Positions 46,000-59,900 of a stretch of DNA of 64,000 nucleotides are shown here, piece by piece. Each line of letters starts with the position of its first letter. The first letter of the stretch is position 1. This DNA comes from Takakia lepidozioides. Its lineage: Eukaryota; Plantae; Bryophyta. The notes beneath the pieces were generated by a model, which saw nothing but the letters and a program-made list of their open reading frames with translations, was not told the DNA's origin and made no database searches. The position numbers and the translations under genes are program-made. The stretch is from NCBI GenBank assembly GCA_030704615.1, contig CM060731.1:95604001-95668000 (forward strand). Direction: 5' to 3'.

Positions 46000-48900
46000 T
46001 AAGACAAAATCATTTTTAACCTACCCTTAATTCATCCAGCAAGCAGCTATAATTCCGTGGATGAAATACGAGAATTCATCCATTCAGTGCCCACATCCCT
46101 CCACTTTGTCATTTTCCTTAAAACTCAACGAATGAAATTTACACCACCCCCATCCATTCATTCGTGGTATCACTTTAATGAATTATGTTGGATGATTGTT
46201 GCACATCCCCACTTCATCCATTACTTCATCCATCTCTCTTGTCGAGCCGACATGCCTGTTCCGACCAACATCTTTGTCCGAATGATGTATCACCTGCCTT
46301 ATACCTACACTTCAAACAGTTGCTGCAAGTACTGGGGAGTAATCTCTATATCTACTCCCCTCACCTGTGTAACTCCTATCCGAGGCTCAAAGTTCTGAAT
46401 GAATTGAATCATGAACCCCCGATGATGCAAGGACCATTCCTTGCGTAGCAGCCCTTCCAATCGCAACTCTTTCAGCAGCTGCACTGCCTGTGGTGTAGCA
46501 ATTGTCTGCTTCTGCAGAATCGTGGTGCTCTTCACCCTGATATCCTCCATTCCCCTAATTCTCTTCATCCCAGACAAACAAGAAGGCCTTGTTTGGAATA
46601 GCTGTAGGAAAGCTTGCAGGGCGTAAAGCATGAAAGTATGGTTGACACAGAAAGGAACGGGTAAGTGAGTGTAAGCCTGTGGGGCTTGCAGATAGTGAGT
46701 GAGAGAGAATGTCATTTCAACCCGTCCGTCCTTGCGCCACTACGTAAGTAGTAAAGGTAGCGTATAGTCTATGATATCCGCCATAGCTACAAGGCTATAG
46801 CTTTGATTGCCCCTCCCGTCGAGACGCTGGTTATTCGGAGCAACCCCGACTCTTCCGCTCATAACTTTTCTAATTTCTTGTTCTTGTTTCTTGGAGGGAA
46901 CCACCTGCAAGAAATTCACGTTCCTCATTGGCTGTTGCCTCAATGGGTAACTTCTCAATTTTACCCCCATCTGCTCACATTCCCACTTGGAATGCCCACT
47001 AGGACAGCACATGTGGCAAAGGTCCCCCTTTGCGGTACGCGTAAAGGGTTTTGTTATCTGCTCCATGGATGCATTAATGGGCCCACAATTAGTTTCGGCT
47101 GTTGTATCGGGTAGGTACTTCGACGGCCCAATTTGTCTTTTTACATGATGACACCCGCTATTGCAGTACATGCAATGCGGAGTGCTTTGCCCCTTAGGCC
47201 ACGTGTTTGAATTCAAACACTCTTCCGTCTCCCTCTGTCCGCGTGGTTTTTTCTCCGAGTTTGACTCCCAAGCTGACCTTACACTTACCGACCACTTTTC
47301 TGATGTTAACCCGCGTCCACCTGTCACTGACCCTATGGACTGTGCAATCCGCGTAGGCTGTGTTGGGCTGTGACAGGCTGTGTCAAACTGTGGTGAGCTG
47401 TGATAGGCTGTGTGACGTTGTGATGACCTGTGATGACTGTGTGAACACCCGTGTTCTACGCTCAGGCCATACACATTCGGCTTTACGACAAGTGCTTTAT
47501 GCTCCATGGGTGTTACTAATGTAACCTGTGACTGCTTCTGTGTTTCAAAATGCAAATCATGCTGCAATGGTTTATCATGGATACCACTGTATCCTTTCAA
47601 CTTATTGGCATTGACTCTTCCAAACATCTCTTTGTTAATGGTTTGTAACATGGCTGTGTTGTTATCATACATCTTTTGTAGGACATAAGGTCCTTTCCAT
47701 GGTGATTTAAGCTTAGAAGCTTTAATCTTTCCTTTCTTCTGCAGCCACAGTACCAAATCACCCATCTTAAAAGTCTTCAATTTACCTTCATCAAATTGAT
47801 CCTTCCTCTTCATCTCAATTCTGATCATGTTATCTACTTCATCCGCACGTATTTCCTCCACATGATATAATTCATGTTTCTTGGCTTTTATTGAATCCTC
47901 CAATTCCATTTTTCTTCATCATTCCGTTCTCATAGTATGTAATAAGAATTCTACAGGAAGTAAAGCTTCTATACCATAAACTAGTTGGAATGGTGTATAC
48001 TTGGTGGTGACTTTATTTGAAGTCTTGTATGACCACAAAGCTATCAACAGCTTTGTATCTCAATCCGTTATGTTTGCATTGACTATCTTAGCCAAAATAG
48101 AGCATAATATTTTGTTGGTGGCCTCTGCCTGCCCATTGCCCTGTGGGTAATAGGTTGTACTTTTTCTGTGCACAATCATGAACTCTTTAGACAATAGTTC
48201 TATGGTCTCGTTAATGAAGTGACTTCCCTGGTCACTGATAAATTCCAGGGGACAGCCAAATCTTGTGAGTATGTTCTCATGTAATAACCTTGTTGTGGAC
48301 TTAGCTGTGTTGTTCCTCAGAGCCTTAGCTTCCATCCACTTTGTAGTATAATCAGTGGCTGTGATTATATACTTGTTTTGTGTATTCCTGGCTGGTGGAT
48401 TAATTGGTCCAACAAAGTCTAGTCCCCATTTCTGAAATGGTTCAGTAGGCATCGTAGGATGCAAAGCCATCTTCCCAGATCTTTGCAAAGGTCCTAGCCT
48501 CTGACACTCATCACAACTCTTGCAATACTTGTGTACATCCTTGAATAAAGTAGGCCACCAGTAACCTGCAAGTAGTATTTTTCTACTGGTAGTCTCCTCT
48601 CCAAAATGACCTCCAGCCACTCCTTTATGAACTTCCTCCAAAACTTTATATACTTCATGGTGGTACAAGCATTGTTTAAGAACTCCATCAGGTCCTAGCT
48701 TATACAATCTTCCACCTATCATAGTGTAGGGTAAAGCCTTGATAGCTATTTTCTTCCTCTGTTCCTGCCCACCCAGCAATCATCTGCACTTCTTTACACC
48801 TCCACTGCAAATAGACTCACATCAGGTAGTTGGTCGTTTACTCCCGTGGCGGGCTCTCCTGTTGATAGGCGTGACAAGTGATCTGCCACAAGATGCAAAC

Positions 48901-50504
48901 GGCCGGGCTTGTAAACAACTTCGAATTCAAACTCGTGCAAGATTATCATCCATCTTGCTATCCTGCCACTTATCAAATGCTTGTTCACCAGATAAATCGA
49001 AGCTTGATGATCCACATAAAACATAAACTTCCTTCCCAATAAGTAATGCCTGAATTTCTTAATTGCATAAATCATTGCCAAAGCTTCTCTTTTAGTAGTG
49101 CTATAGTTCCTCTCCGCACTGTTCAACAACCTGCTAGCATAGTACATAGGTGAATCTATATTTCCTTTGACATTCTGGGCTAACTCAGCTCCCAACGTTT
49201 CTCCTGAGGCATCACAATGTACATGAAATACTACATGTCAGTGAGGGCTAATCAGCACAGGTGTAGTTGTTACTGACAATGTAAGTCTTCAAATGTCTGT
49301 TGACATTCAGCTGTCCATGCAAACACTGCATCATTCTTCAAAAGCTTGCTCAATGGGGCTGCCATATGTGTATATCGTCTGACAAACCTTCTATAATAAG
49401 TAGTTTGTCCAAGGAACCTCTTTAGACCCTTAACATTACTTGGTGGGGGTGAGGCTTTAATAGCCTCTGTCTTTCTAGGATCCACAAGCAGTCCATTTTT
49501 ACACACAATGTGTCCTAGTAGTACCCCTGAGTTCACGCATAAAGTACATTTTTCTGGATTCAGACCAAGACCTCTCATCCTGCATCTGGCCAAACATAAC
49601 TCCAACTTCTGCAAGTGTTCATTCTTAGAGCTGTACACACTGAAGTCATCTAAGAACACTTGCATGAAATCATCCAAATACTCATGGAAGGATTCACTTA
49701 TCACTCTCTGAAAAGTTGCTGGTGCATTACAAAGTCTAAAAGGCATGACTTTGTATGCATAAGCACCGCAGTCTGTGATGAAAGCTGTCTTTCCCTGGTC
49801 TTCTTCCGCCACTTGCACTTGGTTATACCCACTGAAGCCATCCATGAATGAGTACAGCTTCTGTGAATGACAAAGGAAAGGGATCTTTCTTTGTACAAGC
49901 ATTCAACTTCTTATAGTTCACACAAACTCTCAGTTTGCCATTCTTCTTGGGAACTATCACAATGGGTGACAACCAAGTTGTATACTCTATCGGGTATATG
50001 AACTTAGCCTATGCCAACTTCTTGATCTCTTCCCCAACCTTCTGTGCATAGTTGGGATTTATCCTATACCTTGCCTATTTGATTGGCACTGACCCTGGTT
50101 CCAGTTCAATCTTATGCTGACAAATCTCAGGGGGTATCCCTTTCAAATCCTCATAGCTCCAAGCAAATACATCTTTGTATTTGATAAACAAGTTCTTAGC
50201 TTCCTCAAAGAATTCTGGCTCTAAGTCAGCCCCCACTTTTACCATTCTTGGTTCCTCCTCAGTTCCCACATTCACTTCTCTCACCTGCTCTTCAGCTGTG
50301 ATTGTCCATCCAGCCACTACTTCATCCTGTAAACTCATAGTGGCTGGTTCTAGGATTTCCATTTCTCCCTCTCTTTCCTCATAGAAATGTGGTGGATAAC
50401 TACTTGTTTCCCCTTCAATTGGTGTTGTTGTTATTGGACCACAGCAGATACCTTTAAAGCAACTCAGGCCTCCCAATTGCATTTCTGCAACCTGCTCCCG
50501 CTCT
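46000..50504 (-). mobile_element. pol: 3' part of family B, copy D (RT, RH, integrase, long 3' region); left boundary approximate
   Basis: FLDD RT, YYASRLLNSAERNYST RH, integrase [34 protein letters not shown]; 50075-50504 colinear with 30920-31335. Confidence 0.88.
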
Positions 50505-50869
50505 GAGGTTAGCTATTTCATGAGCATGAGCGGCATGAGCGGAGTAGTAAGACAATCGGTTTTCATGAGCAGAAGTACAAATTTCGAAAATAAAAAAACA
50601 ATTAAAAAACAATAATTTAATGCAATGTGTCAGGAAAAACAAATATATTATTCGGCCCCTTGAAGGGAAAATTGTAGTTTTGACAGTTGTGCTCATGATA
50701 TTTCGTCTTCCGCTCATGCCAATTCCCAGCGACATGTGCAAATATGACGCCAAATTTCACGGTAATAAGGTCCGTAACCTGAAAAAACGACGACGTATTT
50801 CGCGGTAATAGGTCTATCTGGCGAAAAATGGTGCCGAATTCCGCGGCTATAGGTCCCCTCATGACTAGT

Positions 50870-51180
50870 AATTCGGCGCCATTTTTCCAGTGCATGTTCG
50901 GACTTAGCCAGTTTTCGGCGCAAAATAGGGAAATTCGGCGCCATTTTTCCAGACACTGTACCAGTGCATGTTGGGACTTAGCCAGTTTTCGGCCCAAAAA
51001 AAAGAAATTCGGCGCCATTTTTCCAGACACGGTACCAGTGCATGTTGGGACTTAGCCAGTTTTCGGCCCAAAAAAGAGAAATTCGGCGCCATTTTCCCAG
51101 ACACAGGTACCAGTGCATGTTGGGACTAAGCCAGTTTTCGGCCCCAAAAAGAGAAATTCGGCGCCATTTTTCCAGAAATG
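50870..51180. repeat. 74-bp subterminal tandem repeat with AAATTCGGCGCCATTTT sites (mirror copy 61030-61320)
   Basis: CAGTGCATGTTGGGACTTAGCCAGTTTTCGGC units at about 74-bp period. Confidence 0.9.
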
Positions 51181-51330
51181 GCCCCACAACTGCTTCTGTT
51201 GGATCTCAGTTTGAATGGAATATTACCTCATTCCAGGAGTTTTGGGGTGCATTTCATTACACTGCGAAAAAAAGTCTGATACAGCAAAATGCAATTGAAA
51301 ATATCCATATGGAGGATTTCCTTTGCCCCA

Positions 51331-54300
51331 TCAATGATTTCTGGAATCCCTAAGGAGGGGTTTGTGCAGCTCGTTCACGCTCAACGCCGGTGCATGAATA
51401 AAGTCATCAATAGTCATGTTCATCCTCAACCTCTTCAGGTAAATGTAATACAGATGTTTGCACGGATAATACTTCGAACCCTTCTTTGCTTCCATCAACG
51501 AGAAGTCCGTACAATTGCAAGTCGGCTCCACTCCAATCGTAATTGTATATACATCGTCGTGTATAGCCGAGCCGGCCGTTGCCATCCGATACACACGCCC
51601 AAGGCCGGGTGGGGGTACGACCACGGAGCTCTGAATAGTGCAAGCCATCCCAAGAGCATTGGCAATCCGAGTCTCATTCAACTTGTTAGGAGGGTGTCGT
51701 CTCTTCACTCTTCTGAATCGCATTGTGGGATGTGCACAATTGTCCAATCCGTCTCTACTGGACCGAGCAGTCTGCAATGGCTGGGTCTCAGGAACCGAAA
51801 ATGCGTGGGCCGGGATGTCTGTGCGTTGTACCATTCGAAATCCTGCTGCAGATAGAGCATCCGCCTCATTCTGAGAGAGGCTGCAACCCGGTGCAACAGG
51901 CCAGACGCCCGGAGGCTCCGGCATTCCCTGAATCCCGTACTTGGGCTTGCCAAATACACAGGTCATTATGTCGTGCCTACAGAACCAAAATGTCTGCGTT
52001 GTGGCGTGAGCAAATGTGGGAGTCAAAAATCTGCCGCTGAAACAAGGTGCAGGTACAGCACCGCGTGGGTTCCTCCGAATCATCTCACCACAGCGTGCTC
52101 TCGTATCCACCCGGATGGCGCAACACTTCCCTCGAAATGCCGGCAATGTCCTCGCAATTCTCTATTGTGACTCCGACACTCTTGTCTCCACAATGGGAAT
52201 GTTGTACTGCTTTACTACAGATGGCTCGTTATGTTGCCGGGGCACGCGCCCTGTGCTCAAAGGAGATGATGATCTTGAACGTGCAGAACTTGCGGTGCTC
52301 GAGACCTCCTCGGGCAACATCACCGGACCACGAGGGAACGTGCGAATATTCTTGTCAGCTCAACGATAATGCCACCATGCTAGCCAACTGACCATTGCTC
52401 CCTCGTCTGATTTCCTTACAGCACCTGACGATGTCCACCAAGCCCGTATACATGCAAACTGTGTCTCTGCATCATCCAAGGTGGGAGCGCGCTTCCACGC
52501 AAGGCACATGGAACGGTTCTCCTCTCTGAAATCTGGCGCCACGAGCCTGGTTGTGTACTGCAAAAGGCTCTGCAGAAAATGGAACCTACAAGATCTCCTT
52601 GCCTTCCATGGGAACATTGGGGTCTTGCCCGTACACCCTTCGGATGGCAGCCCAATTTGCTTGTGCGTTGTCCGCCATGAAACCACGGAAATTGGGAGGG
52701 GGCAATCCTGCCTTGGCCATCTGTTCGTTTATTCCCTGCCAAAGAAGCATCTCCGATTGTGTGTCCTCTCCTTTCATCTCACAAATAGCAATTGTTATTA
52801 GCATCTTGCAGTGGGTGTCGTACACATGTGCACCCATTGTCACCCACTGGTGATTTGTAATTCGCTTGATATGGTCGAACATGACCCAACTGTTTGACAA
52901 GTCCCCATTTGTCATCCTGTCGACCAGTTCGACGCCGCTGCCAGGTCCACACGTGGACATTTTGAATACAAAACAACGATCTGCCTCAGTCCCTTGTCCT
53001 GGAAACCTACTTCCATGAATGTAGTCATATCCACATCGTCGCTTCACCTCCAGAATGGAGTGCATATCCGAGCCACGCCCAATTTTATGTTTGCATGAGA
53101 CAATGTGATTTCGGACATTCGGTGAACATACGTGGGACACCGACTCCAGCAATGCCTCCATTTCCTTCTCATCGAGAGGAACTCTATCGGAGCCGTCTTC
53201 CGACATAATTCTGGCCAATGTCATCTTATGGGCGGCTTGGAGTTGTATCTGTTTGGGTTTGGCACCCGGTCTCAACTTAACCTCCTCCTGAACGAGCTGC
53301 TCTGCCTCGTGGGCAGCCTCCCGTGAGTTCCCCCTCGCCAATTTGTGACAATGGGAACCAACGTGTATGCAAGCTCGGGTGAGGTCAGGGAAACGGTGCA
53401 ACACATAGAACTGTTTGGCATTACAAACAGACATGCAGTGTGGTGGTTCTTTGCAATGCGCACACTTAAATGTGGAGTTCGGAACCTTCTCCTAAGCTCG
53501 AAATGGTTGATGAGCTGTGCCTGTCCAATCGGTCTCGTTCCTGTGACCTCTGGATTTAAAGTGGAAGCAAGTTGGGGAGAAACACCGCAACGCGCCCGCA
53601 CAAACAACGTAGCGCACCCGCACACCATCGAGCATCTTCATGCTGGTGGTTTTGGTAATGCACCAAGGATGACCATCATGTTTTCTATCCATATCTGTCA
53701 ACATTCCGGACGCCCTCGAGTAGTCCGCCCGAGGAGGGAACTCAAAGAAGATATTACCGTCGACGTTGGCGGGAAGGCATGTAACCGATTTAATTGCGAA
53801 CTTGCTGTAGTCTAGCCCGGCCAGCTCCGACCGGTGTCCCTCCAGGTGAAGCCCTCGCAGAATTTCAAGAATAGATCGAACTGCGGTGCTCGTGCTGGGA
53901 ATATGACTCCCTCCTCCACTGACGTCCATTGAGGACTTGCCTGATCTCCAGGACGACCTCGGAACTTCCATGACCTCGTCTGAGTCGGACAGGTTGTGAA
54001 CAACCCGGTTCTCGCTCGTCTTCATGGATGGGTTCGGCTCTAGATTTACGAAGACCCGTCTCTCTGACTTCGACAGGGGCTGATTCTGTTGTGACCAGAT
54101 CGGGAGCATCCATCGCAACACTCGTTGCGGACTTCTCTCTTTGAGGTAGCCACTCTCTGATTCGCGAATTGTTTCGTGGAAGGCGCCAGGATAGAAGGTG
54201 CATTTGGCGGGCAAATGAAGTCCCCAACAGCCCTGTATATGACGTTGTCCGATGGTGGAACTCGCCATTCCCTGCCATCGCCGAAATCATCGTGGAGCAC

Positions 54301-54489
54301 AACAATACTCTCGACAACAAGGCCGTTTGAGTCCTTCCTTTCCTCCTCCAAAAAAACCGACCCCGGTTTCAGGTGGTATCGAACGCACATATATTTCTCC
54401 ATCACCCGGCAGATGTCCCCTCTGCACGGAAATGAAGCTCTATGCTTGTGAGGAGGGCAGTACACTGTAGCGCTCGGGTTTTCCGCCAT
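51331..54489 (-). pseudogene. Subfamily-2 transposase with 498-bp internal deletion
   Basis: Same motifs as 4766-8361; junction at 52361/52362 lacks the equivalent of 59346-59843. Confidence 0.88.
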
Positions 54490-54789
54490 GGGAGATGTGC
54501 ACACAAGACTGCCAGGATGGCGTGCATGGAAGCTCCCTGGTAGAAGGGGGATGCAGCGATGGGAAGGAATGCGGTGCCGATTTGTCCGAGCGACGAAGCC
54601 TGATCCAAATCCAGGGAGCCAACTATCTCAAAAATCCACAATCAGAGTGTTAATGAACCTTGTCTCCGGAATGCGGCCCCTGGTCTTTGCGCAATAACTG
54701 CCAACGGTATGCAGTCAGAAAGTGGGGGGCCGTCCGGATGATGTCGGCTGAAGGGGAGAAGTCGGCACCGTGCCGTCACATTACTACCC

Positions 54790-56985
54790 CGAATGGAAAT
54801 TCGGCACCCAATATCCAACAAGGGCCGCACGGATGAAGTCGTCTGGGGCAGAGATGCCGACACCTGTCCGACAGAAAACATCCCCCGGATGGAAATTCAA
54901 CGCCGAATTTCCATTCGGATCCACCCAAAGGAAGTCCTGTCGGGGGGTCAGGCCGAAAACTGGCCGACATAAAAACCTCCGCGGATGGAAAAATGGCGCC
55001 GAATTTCCATCCGAGGCCTTTCGGATGTAGTCAGCTCGGGGGAAAGGCCGCCATCTGGCCCTCACAATACAACCCCGGACGGAAATTCGGCACCAATATA
55101 CAACAGGGGAAGCCCGGATGAAGTCGCCTCGGGCGCAGAGGCCGGCGCGTGTGCGACAGAGAATATCCCCTGGATGGAGATTCGGCGCCGAATTCCATCC
55201 GGGCCCCCCCAAAGGAAGTCGTGTCAGGGGATCAGGCCGAAAACTGGCCGGCATAAAAACTTCGCCAGATGGAAAAACGGCGCCGAATTTCCATCCGAGG
55301 CCTTTCGATGCAGTCGACTCGGGGGAAAGGTCGCCATCTGGCCCTCACATTACAACCCCCGGACGGAAATTCGGCACCGAATATACAACAGGGGAAGCCC
55401 GGATGAAGTCGCCTCGGGTGTAGAGGCTGGCGCGTGTGCGACAAAGAATATCCCCTGGATGGAGATTCGGCGCCGAATTTCCATCTAAGGCCCCCCAAAG
55501 GAAGTCGTGTCGGGGGGTCAGGCGAAAACTGGCCGACATAAAAACCTCCCCAGATGGAAAAAAACGGCGCCGAATTTTCATCCGGGGCCGTTNNNNNNNN
55601 NNNNNNNNNNNNNNNNNNNNNNNNNNNNNNNNNNNNNNNNNNNNNNNNNNNNNNNNNNNNNNNNNNNNNNNNNNNNNNNNNNNNNNNNNNNNNNNNNNNN
55701 NNNNNNNNNNNNNNNNNNNNNNNNNNNNNNNNNNNNNNNNNNNNNNNNNNNNNNNNNNNNNNNNNNNNNNNNNNNNNNNNNNNNNNNNNNNNNNNNNNNN
55801 NNNNNNNNNNNNNNNNNNNNNNNNNNNNNNNNNNNNNNNNNNNNNNNNNNNNNNNNNNNNNNNNNNNNNNNNNNNNNNNNNNNNNNNNNNNNNNNNNNNN
55901 NNNNNNNNNNNNNNNNNNNNNNNNNNNNNNNNNNNNNNNNNNNNNNNNNNNNNNNNNNNNNNNNNNNNNNNNNNNNNNNNNNNNNNNNNNNNNNNNNNNN
56001 NNNNNNNNNNNNNNNNNNNNNNNNNNNNNNNNNNNNNNNNNNNNNNNNNNNNNNNNNNNNNNNNNNNNNNNNNNNNNNNNNNNNNNNNNNNNTCGAATTA
56101 CCTGCAGATGGAAATTGCGGCCCGAATTTCCATGCATCCGGGATTCGAATTACCTGCAGGATGGAAATTCGGGCCGAATCTCCATCCATCCGAGATCCAC
56201 TTACCTGCAGGATGGAAATTCGGCGCCGAATCTCCATCCATCCGGGATTCCCACTTACCTGCTGGATGGAAATTCGGCGCCGAATCCCATCCATCCGGGA
56301 TTCCACTTACCTGCTGGATGGAAATCGGCGCCGAATTTCCATCCGGGGGATGGTCTCTGTCGGAGAGTGTGCCGCCTCTCCGCCGCTCTGTTGGATATTC
56401 GGTGCCGAATTTCGTCCCGGGGGTTGAAATATGACGGCCAGGTGCCGACCTCTCCCTTCTCCCGACTGCATTGGAACGCCCCGAATTGAAATTCGGTGCC
56501 CTTTTCCCATCTGGGAGGTTTTTATGTCGGCCAGTTTTCGGTCTGACCCCCCGACAAGACTTCCTTTGGGGGGCCCGGATGGAAATTCGGCGCCGAATCT
56601 CCATCCAGGGGATGTTCTCTGTCGCACACTCGCCGGCCTCTGCGCCCGAGGCGACTTCATCCGGGCGTCCCCTGTTCGATATTCGGTGCCGAATTTCCGT
56701 CCGGGGTTGAAATGTGACGGCCAAGTGCAGGCCACTCCCCCTCCCCGACTGCATCCGAACCGCCCCGGATGGAAATTCGGCGCCGTTTTCCATCTGGGGA
56801 TGTTTTTATGCCGTCCAGTTTTCGGCCTGACCCCCCGACACGACTCCCTTTGGGGGGCCCGGATGGAAATTCGGCGCCGAATCTCCATCCAGGGGATGTT
56901 TCCTGTCGCACACACTCCGGCCTCTGCGCCCGAGGCGACTTCATCCGGGCTTCCTCTGTTGGATATTGGGTGCCGAATTTCCATT
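54790..56985. repeat. Subfamily-2 palindrome array (about 95-bp period, three-unit higher order; about 53-bp period at 56100-56340), interrupted by the gap
   Basis: Motif starts 54795, 54891, 54987, 55081, 55176, 55271, 55365, 55461. Confidence 0.9.
55593..56092. other. Assembly gap (500 N)
   Basis: Direct read. Confidence 1.
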
Positions 56986-59900
56986 CGGGGGTAGTAATGT
57001 GACGGCACGGTGCCGGCTTCTCCCCTTCAGCCGTCATCATCCGGACGGCCCCCCACTTTCTGACTGCATACCGTTGGCAGTTATTGCGCAAAGACGAGGG
57101 GCCGCATTCCGGAGACAAGGTTCATTAACACTCTGACTGTGGATTTTTGAGATAGTTGGCTCCCTGGATTTGGATCAGGCTTCGTCGCTCGGACAAATCG
57201 GCATCGCATTCATTCCCATCGCTGCACCCCCTTCTACCAGGGAGCTTCCCCGCACGCCATCCTGGCAGTCTTGTGTGCACATCTCCCATGGCGGAAAAAC
57301 CCGAGCGCTACAGTGTACTGCCCTCCTCACGAGCATAGAGCTTCATTTCCGTGCAGAGGGGACACCTGCCGGTGATGGAGAAATATCTGTGCGTTCGATA
57401 CCACCTGAAACCGGGGTCGGTTTTTTTTGGAGGAGGAAAGGAAGGACTCAAACGGCCTTGTTGTCGAGAGTATTGTTGTGCTCCACGATGATTTCGGCGA
57501 TGGCAGGGAATGGCGAGTTCCACCATCGGACAGCGTCATATACAGGGCTGTTGGGGACTTCATTTGCCCGCCAAATGCACCGTCTATCCTGGCGCCTTCC
57601 ACGAAACAATCGCGAATCAGAGAGTGGGTACCTCAAAGAGAGAAGTCCGCAACGAAGTAAATCCAGAGCCGAACCCATCCATGAAGACGACCGAGAACCG
57701 GGTTGTTCACAACCTGTCCGACTCAGACGAGGTCATGGAAGTTCCGAGGTCGTCCTGGAGATCAGGCAAGTCCTCAATGGACGTCAGTGGAGGAGGGAGT
57801 CATATTCCCAGCACGAGCACCGCAGTTCGATCTATTCTAGAAATTCTGCGAGGGCTTCACCTGGAAGGACACCGGTCGGAGCTGGCCGGGCTGGACTACA
57901 GCAAGTTCGCAATTAAATCGGTTACATGCCTTCCCGCCGACGTCGACAGGTAATATCTTCTTTGAGTTCCCTCCTCCGGCGGACTACTCGAGGGCGTCCG
58001 GAATGTTGACAGATATGGATAGAAAACATGACGGTCATCCTTGGTGCGTTACCAAAACCACCAGCATGAAGATGCTTGATGGTGTGCGGGTGCGCTACGT
58101 TGTTTGTGCGGGCGCGTTGCGGTGTTTCTCCCCAACTTGCTTCCACTTTAAATCCAGAGGTCACAGGAACGAGACCGATTGGACAGGCACAGCTCACCAA
58201 CCATTTCGAGCTCAGGAGAAGGTTCCGAACTCCACATTTAAGTGTGCGCATTGCAAAGAACCACCACACTGCATGTCTGTTTGTAATGCCAAGCAGTTCT
58301 ATGTGTTGCACCGTTTCCCTGACCTCACCCGAGCTTGCATACACGTTGGTTCCCATTGTCACAAATTGGCGAGGGGAACTCGCGGGGAGGCTGCCCACGA
58401 AGCAGAGCAGCTCGTTCAGGAGAGGTTAAGTTGAGACCGGGTGCCAAACCCAAACAGATACAGCTCCAAGCCGCCCATAAGATGGCATTGGCCAGAATTA
58501 TGTCGGAAGACGGCTCCGATAGAGTTCCTCTCGACAAGAAGGAAATGGAGGCATTGCTGGAGTCGGTGTCCCACGTATGTTCACCGAATGTCCGAAACCA
58601 CATTGTCTCATGCAAACAGAAAATTGGGCGTGGCTCGGATATGCACTCCATTCTGGAGGTGAAGCGACGATGTGGATATGACTACATTCATGGAAGTAGG
58701 TTTCCAGGACAAGGGACTGAGGCAGATCGTTGTTTCGTATTCAAAATGTCCACGTGTGGACCTGGCAGTGGCGTCGAACTGGTCGACAGGATGACGAGTG
58801 GGAACTTGTCAAACAGTTGGGTCATGTTCGACCATATCAAGCGAATTACAAATCACCAGTGGGTGACAATGGGTGCACATGTCTACGATACCACTGCAGG
58901 ATGCTAATGACAATTGCTATTTGTGAGATGAAAGGAGAGGACACACAATCGGAGATGCTTCTTTGGCAGGGAATAAACGAACAGATGGCCAAGGCGGGAT
59001 TGCCCCCTCCCAATTTCCGTGGTTTCATGGCGGACAACGCACAAGCAAATTGGGCTGCCATCCGAAGGGTGTACGGGCAAGACCCCAATGTTCCCATGGA
59101 AGGCAAGGAGAGATCTTGTGGGTTCCATTTTCTGCAGAGCCTTTCGCAGTACACAACCAGGCTCGTGGCGCCAGATTTCAGAGAGGAGCACCGTTCCATG
59201 TGCCTTGCGTGGAAACGCGCTCCCACCTTGGATGATGCAGAGACACAGTTTGCATGCATACGGGCTTGGTGGACATCGTCAGGTGCTGTAAGGAAATCAG
59301 ACGAAGGAGCAATGGTCAGTTGGCTAGCATGGTGGCATTATCGTTTCCTCCAGTTCGGCGACTATATGCGGGAGGTGAGTTGCACGAATTCGCGTCCCAT
59401 TGATATTATTCTTGGCCATATTTGTAACTTGCTTGTAACCTCAACATGTGCTTGTGCAGGAAATGTGTCTCGACTCCGACACCGACATGCCCACGACAAA
59501 CATGGCCGAATCAGTGCACTCTTCCTGGCGTGCCTCTCTGCGGCGCATCTGGTGGACATCCTCACTGCCACAACGGAGGACATTGTGAGGTCAATTATGC
59601 AGCAATGCAGGTACAACGAGTTCTTGAAAGGGAAACAGTGGGGCTTGGGGCCGGACAGGCAGGAAATGCTGATGCGGACTGCCTCCAGATCGAAGAATCC
59701 TCAGAAGTGGGCGGCGGCCTTGCAAGAGGGCCTTCGGGACACGCCATTGCTGCGAAGAGGCCAACATTTGGAAGGAGATGTTCATACCCGTCCAGTGAGA
59801 CGAAGACTTGACGAGGCACCTGGCGGAGAAGAGGATTCATGGCGAGCTGACAAGAATATTCGCACGCTCCCTCGTGGTCCGGTGATGTTGTCCGAGGAGG

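Larger units (their letters stand above)
50505..55592 (-). mobile_element. MULE subfamily 2, copy A (terminus, transposase, start of central palindrome array), runs into gap
   Basis: Terminus GAGGTTAGCTATTTCATGAGC with CATGAGC heptamers; transposase homolog; GGAAATTCGGCGCCGAATTTCC array. Confidence 0.9.
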
